Source: a virus (lineage: Duplodnaviria > Caudoviricetes). From it: a stretch of 64,000 nt of DNA. Below, in pieces: positions 59,952 to 64,000 of this stretch; the stretch's first letter is position 1; every line of letters starts with the position of its first letter. The DNA is taken from IMG/VR virus record IMGVR_UViG_3300033120_000868, positions 32,001 through 96,000 of that record; one strand, written 5' to 3'. The position numbers and the translations under genes were made by a program. The notes under the pieces were generated by a model. The model was not told the origin of the DNA and ran no database searches. It was given only the letters and a program-made list of their open reading frames with translations.

Positions 59952-59982
59952 ATGAACTAAATGGAAAATTTTTGCTGTTTTA

Positions 59983-60014
59983 TTTGCATATATGAAAACT
60001 TTTTTGTATCTTTG
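59983..60014 (+). promoter_or_regulatory. Plain Bacteroidota-type promoter
   Basis: TTTG 59983, TATCTTTG 60007. Confidence 0.65.
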
Positions 60015-60033
60015 CGTTTTAAATAATTAAAGT

Positions 60034-60309
60034 ATGACAGTAGAAAAACAAATAGACGAATTAACTAAAGAAACCTTTAGATTTTGGATAAATGGTAATA
60101 TAATTGTATTGGATGCTTATTACCTTTTTTCGCGCGAAAATAAAAGAAAAAGAAATTATAATTTTGTAAAAAGATATGAAAGACTATCAGATAGAAACTC
60201 TTTCACACCTTTACAAGAAGTACCTCTTACAGAAGAAATAAAAACAGAAGTTTTACAAGAGTATTTTAAAACTTTAAAAGTGATGACTTGGGAAGAATAT
60301 AAAAAATAA
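60034..60309 (+). CDS. Hypothetical protein
   Basis: 91 aa after promoter. Confidence 0.7.
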   Translation: MTVEKQIDELTKETFRFWINGNIIVLDAYYLFSRENKRKRNYNFVKRYERLSDRNSFTPLQEVPLTEEIKTEVLQEYFKTLKVMTWEEYKK

Positions 60310-60313
60310 AATT

Positions 60314-60877
60314 ATGGAAATACAAAAAGCATATAAGTTAGTAGTAGACAACTTATTATTAGATGAGCCTTATCACTATGAAGCCCCAATTGTTTATGCA
60401 AAAACAGCAGGGGAAGCTAAATCTAAAGGTATCAAATATTTTTACGATTACAGAGTAGAAGATATGTATGACTACGGAAGATATAATGAAAGAGAGATAA
60501 CTTTCACAGATATAAAGGCTAAGAGGGATAAGAACAGTGATAAATTCTTATATAAAGACCAATGGGAAACAAGAGAAAGAATCTCTCAACTTGAATGGGA
60601 AGATAAAAGAGATGAAGAAGCAAAACAAATTTGGTTAGATAATCCTGATGGAATTGCTGTTGTATGGGCAGGATGTTATAACAGTTATTGGGGTGCAAAT
60701 CATGCAGGATATTATTCAAATATAATTAATGCTGGAAAATACTCAACAAAAGAAGCTTATGATATTGTTAGAGGTTCAGATTACTCTCGCCAAGAAAAAG
60801 TAGTTTTACTTAATAAAGAAGAGTATAATAATAAAATAATGGAAAAAGCGCATCAACTTTTAAATAGTATGGTATAA
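60314..60877 (+). CDS. Hypothetical protein
   Basis: 187 aa; VYAKTAGEAK and YWGANHAGY...AGKYSTKEA segments. Confidence 0.75.
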   Translation: MEIQKAYKLVVDNLLLDEPYHYEAPIVYAKTAGEAKSKGIKYFYDYRVEDMYDYGRYNEREITFTDIKAKRDKNSDKFLYKDQWETRERISQLEWEDKRDEEAKQIWLDNPDGIAVVWAGCYNSYWGANHAGYYSNIINAGKYSTKEAYDIVRGSDYSRQEKVVLLNKEEYNNKIMEKAHQLLNSMV

Positions 60878-61101
60878 TGAAAAAAGAAGACATCAGAAAA
60901 GCTTTTGAAGAAGTGTTTAACAACTCTAAAACACAAACAGAAAGAGAGTTTAAAGGTGTAAGAGGTTGTATAACTTATAGATATAAAGACATTATGGATT
61001 TTAGTCATTGTGGAAATGAAGAGTGTCCAAGTTGTAGTTTAGTTACGAAAGCTTTTAGAGAAGAAGTAGAACGACAAATATTTAAACCTTATGAAAAATA
61101 A
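60877..61101 (+). CDS. Small protein with Cys cluster
   Basis: HCGNEECPSC. Confidence 0.65.
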   Translation: MKKEDIRKAFEEVFNNSKTQTEREFKGVRGCITYRYKDIMDFSHCGNEECPSCSLVTKAFREEVERQIFKPYEK

Positions 61102-61207
61102 ACCGCAAGATAAAAACAGAACTCCTTACTACAAATGGGATAAGAAAAGAGGATTCACAATAGCAGGTTATATAACAGAAGGCAAAGATGGAAAAACCAA
61201 CAGTTAG
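61091..61207 (+). CDS. Small protein, 38 aa (not in ORF track)
   Basis: MKNKPQDKNRTPYYKWDKKRGFTIAGYITEGKDGKTNS fills the gap, overlapping both neighbours. Confidence 0.5.
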   Translation: MKNKPQDKNRTPYYKWDKKRGFTIAGYITEGKDGKTNS

Positions 61208-61574
61208 AGTAGGAATAGTTGGTTCACGCTCAATTACATCTTCAGAATATGTTTTTTCTGTTCTTGATTTTTATTTGTCGCGACTTTTAGAAGAAAATGA
61301 AGTTGTTATAGTGTCAGGAGACCAAAAGAAAGGTGTTGATGGATATGCTAAAACTTACGCAGAAAAACGTGGTTTAAAATATATAGGGTTTCCCCCAAGA
61401 TACGATTTATATCACGTAAAAAGAGCACCTCTTGAAAGAAATACAGAAATAGTAAATGAAAGTGATTACCTAATCGCGATACAAGAAAATAATTCACGAG
61501 GAACTCAAGATTCTATAGATAAAGCTAAAAAGAAAGGAATACCAATTAAAATTATTCAGTATGAGAACAGGTAA
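61188..61574 (+). CDS. SLOG-superfamily protein (YspA/DUF2493-like)
   Basis: VGIVGSRS, IVSG...GVD..A, ERNTEIV..SD.LIA, SRGT. Confidence 0.85.
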   Translation: MEKPTVRVGIVGSRSITSSEYVFSVLDFYLSRLLEENEVVIVSGDQKKGVDGYAKTYAEKRGLKYIGFPPRYDLYHVKRAPLERNTEIVNESDYLIAIQENNSRGTQDSIDKAKKKGIPIKIIQYENR

Positions 61575-61821
61575 AACACACGTACAAATATCAATGTTAG
61601 CTAAATCTTTAAATGAAGATAAATTAGTTTTTGTAGCGGGAATGAAAGACCCAAAAGACTATACAGAAAGATTCTTCAGAGATTTTGGAATAGCAGTGAT
61701 AACAGAACCACACTACATAACAAAAGATACGGAATTAGTTTTAGAAGATGTTCCTCCTTATAGAGCGTGGGAAACAAAATATGAACCTCAATTAACAGGA
61801 TATGAATTTAAGAAGATATGA
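61561..61821 (+). CDS. Hypothetical protein
   Basis: 86 aa, coupled. Confidence 0.65.
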   Translation: MRTGKTHVQISMLAKSLNEDKLVFVAGMKDPKDYTERFFRDFGIAVITEPHYITKDTELVLEDVPPYRAWETKYEPQLTGYEFKKI

Positions 61822-62285
61822 AAAGTAAAACAGCACAAAGAATATTAGAAGAAACGCCTGAAGAAACCAAAGATAGGGTAAGAACTTTAACGAATAGAGA
61901 ACTTGAACTTTTACAGATAGGGTTCAGATATAATGAACATCAGTTGGAATATACACTTTCAAAGTATGATGTTTTATACAGAGTAGAAATTTGGAAGCTT
62001 TCAGACTATGATGACCATAAATGGAGTATTCTTATGGAAGATATCTGTTATGACCTACAAATGGTTAAAAAGCAGTACTATGATGATTTAAAACGCCATT
62101 CGGCTTATACTTTCGCGCAAAAAGAAATAAAACAGCAAATTTTAGACTTAAAAAACAAATACAAATCTCACCTACAAGAAGAAACAAACTGTAAGATAGG
62201 AAAGAATACAAACTTTGTAAAAGAAACAGAACTAAAAGTTAAAATAAGTACTTTAATCGAGTTAGAAAATAAATTAGGATTATAA
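61818..62285 (+). CDS. Hypothetical protein
   Basis: 155 aa, coupled. Confidence 0.7.
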   Translation: MKSKTAQRILEETPEETKDRVRTLTNRELELLQIGFRYNEHQLEYTLSKYDVLYRVEIWKLSDYDDHKWSILMEDICYDLQMVKKQYYDDLKRHSAYTFAQKEIKQQILDLKNKYKSHLQEETNCKIGKNTNFVKETELKVKISTLIELENKLGL

Positions 62286-62290
62286 AAACA

Positions 62291-62324
62291 AGAAAGCCCA
62301 AGGATAATTCTCCAAGGGCTTTTT
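62291..62324. terminator. Bidirectional terminator between convergent gene blocks
   Basis: AAAGCCC...GGGCTTT with A-rich and T-rich flanks. Confidence 0.7.
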
Positions 62325-62588
62325 CTATTTCAACTCTTTTACATTAATATTACCTAAACTAAATATATCCTTTAAGTGAGAATACTCTAAGAATTGCGGG
62401 AAAGAAAATAATAAATCATCTCCACGTTTCATAACTTCATTATCAAAAAATCTTAACCTAACGTTATATCCATCTGTTTCAATATACATTAACGTATCGT
62501 TATTCTTAATAGTTATTAATTTCTGCAAGAAACTCATTTTGTTAAACCTTTCCGATAGAGTTCTGTATTGTTCAACTGTGTAAGTCAT
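62325..62588 (-). CDS. Hypothetical protein
   Basis: 87 aa, minus-strand operon. Confidence 0.7.
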   Translation of the reverse strand: MTYTVEQYRTLSERFNKMSFLQKLITIKNNDTLMYIETDGYNVRLRFFDNEVMKRGDDLLFSFPQFLEYSHLKDIFSLGNINVKELK

Positions 62589-62772
62589 CTCTTAAATTTA
62601 TTAGTAAATCATATCGTTCTAATTTAATCATTTCTCTTTCTAAATCTTCTTTATATTGTATTTTCGAGGAAAAATTACCAAAACAGTCAATATATTTCCA
62701 ATAGTTAAACTCATCCAAAGACATCTCTTCAAGAACTTTATCTTTTATTTGTAGGTATTGAATTTCAAGCAT
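62572..62772 (-). CDS. Hypothetical protein
   Basis: 66 aa, coupled. Confidence 0.65.
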   Translation of the reverse strand: MLEIQYLQIKDKVLEEMSLDEFNYWKYIDCFGNFSSKIQYKEDLEREMIKLERYDLLINLRDDLHS

Positions 62773-62775
62773 AAT

Positions 62776-63099
62776 TTAATAAGCTGTTGTAGCCACCATA
62801 TCTGTATATTTAGCTGTTTTTAAATAATCCGCAAAAGATTCAATAATTAAATAACCACTACAAAAATCATCTTCTGTTAAATTGCCATAGTACTCATCCC
62901 AATCAGGTTCTGATACATCTAAATCTAAAATATAACTATTTTCTAACTCCTTCTTAGTTAAGGCTTTTACAAGAGTATCTTCAAAAGAATTAATACCTGT
63001 TTCAGAAGAGTAAAAGTCTCTTGCTTTTTTAATGTTAGGAGCACAAACCCAATCAGTGTCTCCTCCTTTTACATTATGTTCAAATTCATAAATTTTCAT
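62776..63099 (-). CDS. Hypothetical acidic protein
   Basis: 107 aa. Confidence 0.7.
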   Translation of the reverse strand: MKIYEFEHNVKGGDTDWVCAPNIKKARDFYSSETGINSFEDTLVKALTKKELENSYILDLDVSEPDWDEYYGNLTEDDFCSGYLIIESFADYLKTAKYTDMVATTAY

Positions 63100-63439
63100 A
63101 ATCTTTCATATATTTTTTAATTTTCACTAATTCACTCATCCTATAATCATATTGAGAGCTCAAATCAATCTCCATATTTAAGTCCTCTTCCATTTTTTCT
63201 TTGCTTAAATTATTTTCGCGCAAAAAAGATAAAACAGAAAGACAAAATTTAGAAGACTCTTTACTCCAATATCTATTACGCTTTCTTTCATTAGCTTTTT
63301 CCAACCATCCTGAGTCCTTTATAGCCACTCTTTTAATCCAATCAACATTAGACTCATCTGACCTTCTTTTATACCATCCAGGAGGCTTTAATTCAGCTAA
63401 GAAATCATTCCAACTTATGTTATCCTTCAGTTCTATCAT
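63086..63439 (-). CDS. Hypothetical protein with degenerate C-terminal XRE-like HTH
   Basis: VLSFLRENNLSKEKMEEDL...YDYRMSELVKI. Confidence 0.55.
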   Translation of the reverse strand: MIELKDNISWNDFLAELKPPGWYKRRSDESNVDWIKRVAIKDSGWLEKANERKRNRYWSKESSKFCLSVLSFLRENNLSKEKMEEDLNMEIDLSSQYDYRMSELVKIKKYMKDYENL

Positions 63440-63641
63440 CTCTTAACCTTTTACCTTTATTTTTATTATAATCTGTATTAATAAATATTAAATCTTTAAC
63501 ATCAGTCCAAAAATCTTTTTTAGAAGCTCTCGTTTTCAATCTTGCTTTATCTCCTTTTACTTCTATCAATACAAACCTCATTGCTGGATGTGATTGCCAA
63601 GTAGTGTGGTAGTTACAACCAATTATTAGTTCATTTTCCAT
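63420..63641 (-). CDS. Hypothetical protein
   Basis: 73 aa. Confidence 0.7.
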   Translation of the reverse strand: MENELIIGCNYHTTWQSHPAMRFVLIEVKGDKARLKTRASKKDFWTDVKDLIFINTDYNKNKGKRLRDDRTEG

Positions 63642-63644
63642 ATA

Positions 63645-63836
63645 CTAAATCACTTCCTTTAAATACTCAATTATATCTTTCAAACATTTCTGCTCACCAT
63701 ATTGCCTACTCTCAGAAAAAGAGTTCATAGCAAAAGGTTCTTTAATACACTTTTCTAATTCCGTTATTAACTCATCTCTAAAATCATAGGCTGATGTATC
63801 AACACCTCCGCCTAATTCTACTCCTAATACTTTCAT
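63645..63836 (-). CDS. Hypothetical protein
   Basis: 63 aa. Confidence 0.65.
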   Translation of the reverse strand: MKVLGVELGGGVDTSAYDFRDELITELEKCIKEPFAMNSFSESRQYGEQKCLKDIIEYLKEVI

Positions 63837-63839
63837 AGT

Positions 63840-64000
63840 CTATAATTGTTCATTATGTTTATAAGCTAACTCTCTTAATTCTTCTGCTTTTTTATTAAAA
63901 TCGTCTTCTCTATATGGAATATCTCCACCTATTAATTCAAAGTGTTTGTTTTCAGCTTTTCCACCTTCTATTTCAGCCTGTACAGCAAGTACTAAAGCTA
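63840..64000 (-). CDS. Hypothetical protein, 5'-truncated at window edge
   Basis: Open frame ...ALVLAVQAEIEGGKAENKHFELIGGDIPYREDDFNKKAEELRELAYKHNEQL-stop. Confidence 0.6.
   Translation of the reverse strand, partial: ALVLAVQAEIEGGKAENKHFELIGGDIPYREDDFNKKAEELRELAYKHNEQL

Noticed and set aside
1-64000. CRISPR array, diversity-generating retroelement, integrase, inteins
   Set aside because: No spaced direct repeats, reverse transcriptase, recombinase or intein splice motifs seen

Overview
AT-rich (~30% GC by eye) segment of a Bacteroidota (probably Flavobacteriia-infecting) podophage with a Crassvirales-type virion module, in standard genetic code. Left flank (1-2950, minus strand): membrane protein, RNase H, winged-helix protein and an RNA-rich region with tRNA-Gln(UUG). 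Plus strand 3030-59918: small genes, terminase, portal, scaffold, major capsid, ring/auxiliary capsid/hub proteins, GIY-YIG homing endonuclease, fibre and lysis genes, muzzle, a virion muramidase and five large internal (ejected) proteins. Right flank: small genes converging on a bidirectional terminator at ~62300. Main observations: (1) the three giant cargo proteins (5782 aa) contain only four cysteines, all at the adjoining termini, as expected for a head-to-tail disulfide-linked ejection chain; (2) I see no virion RNA polymerase motif, and the middle giant protein instead carries zincin, SAM-lyase-like, ART-like and GNAT modules; (3) eight promoters pair a TAACTAATTT box with a Bacteroidota -7 box exactly 31 bp downstream; (4) the homing endonuclease is flanked by two versions of its target gene's 5' end. 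Functional calls come from motif recognition and gene order, not database searches.
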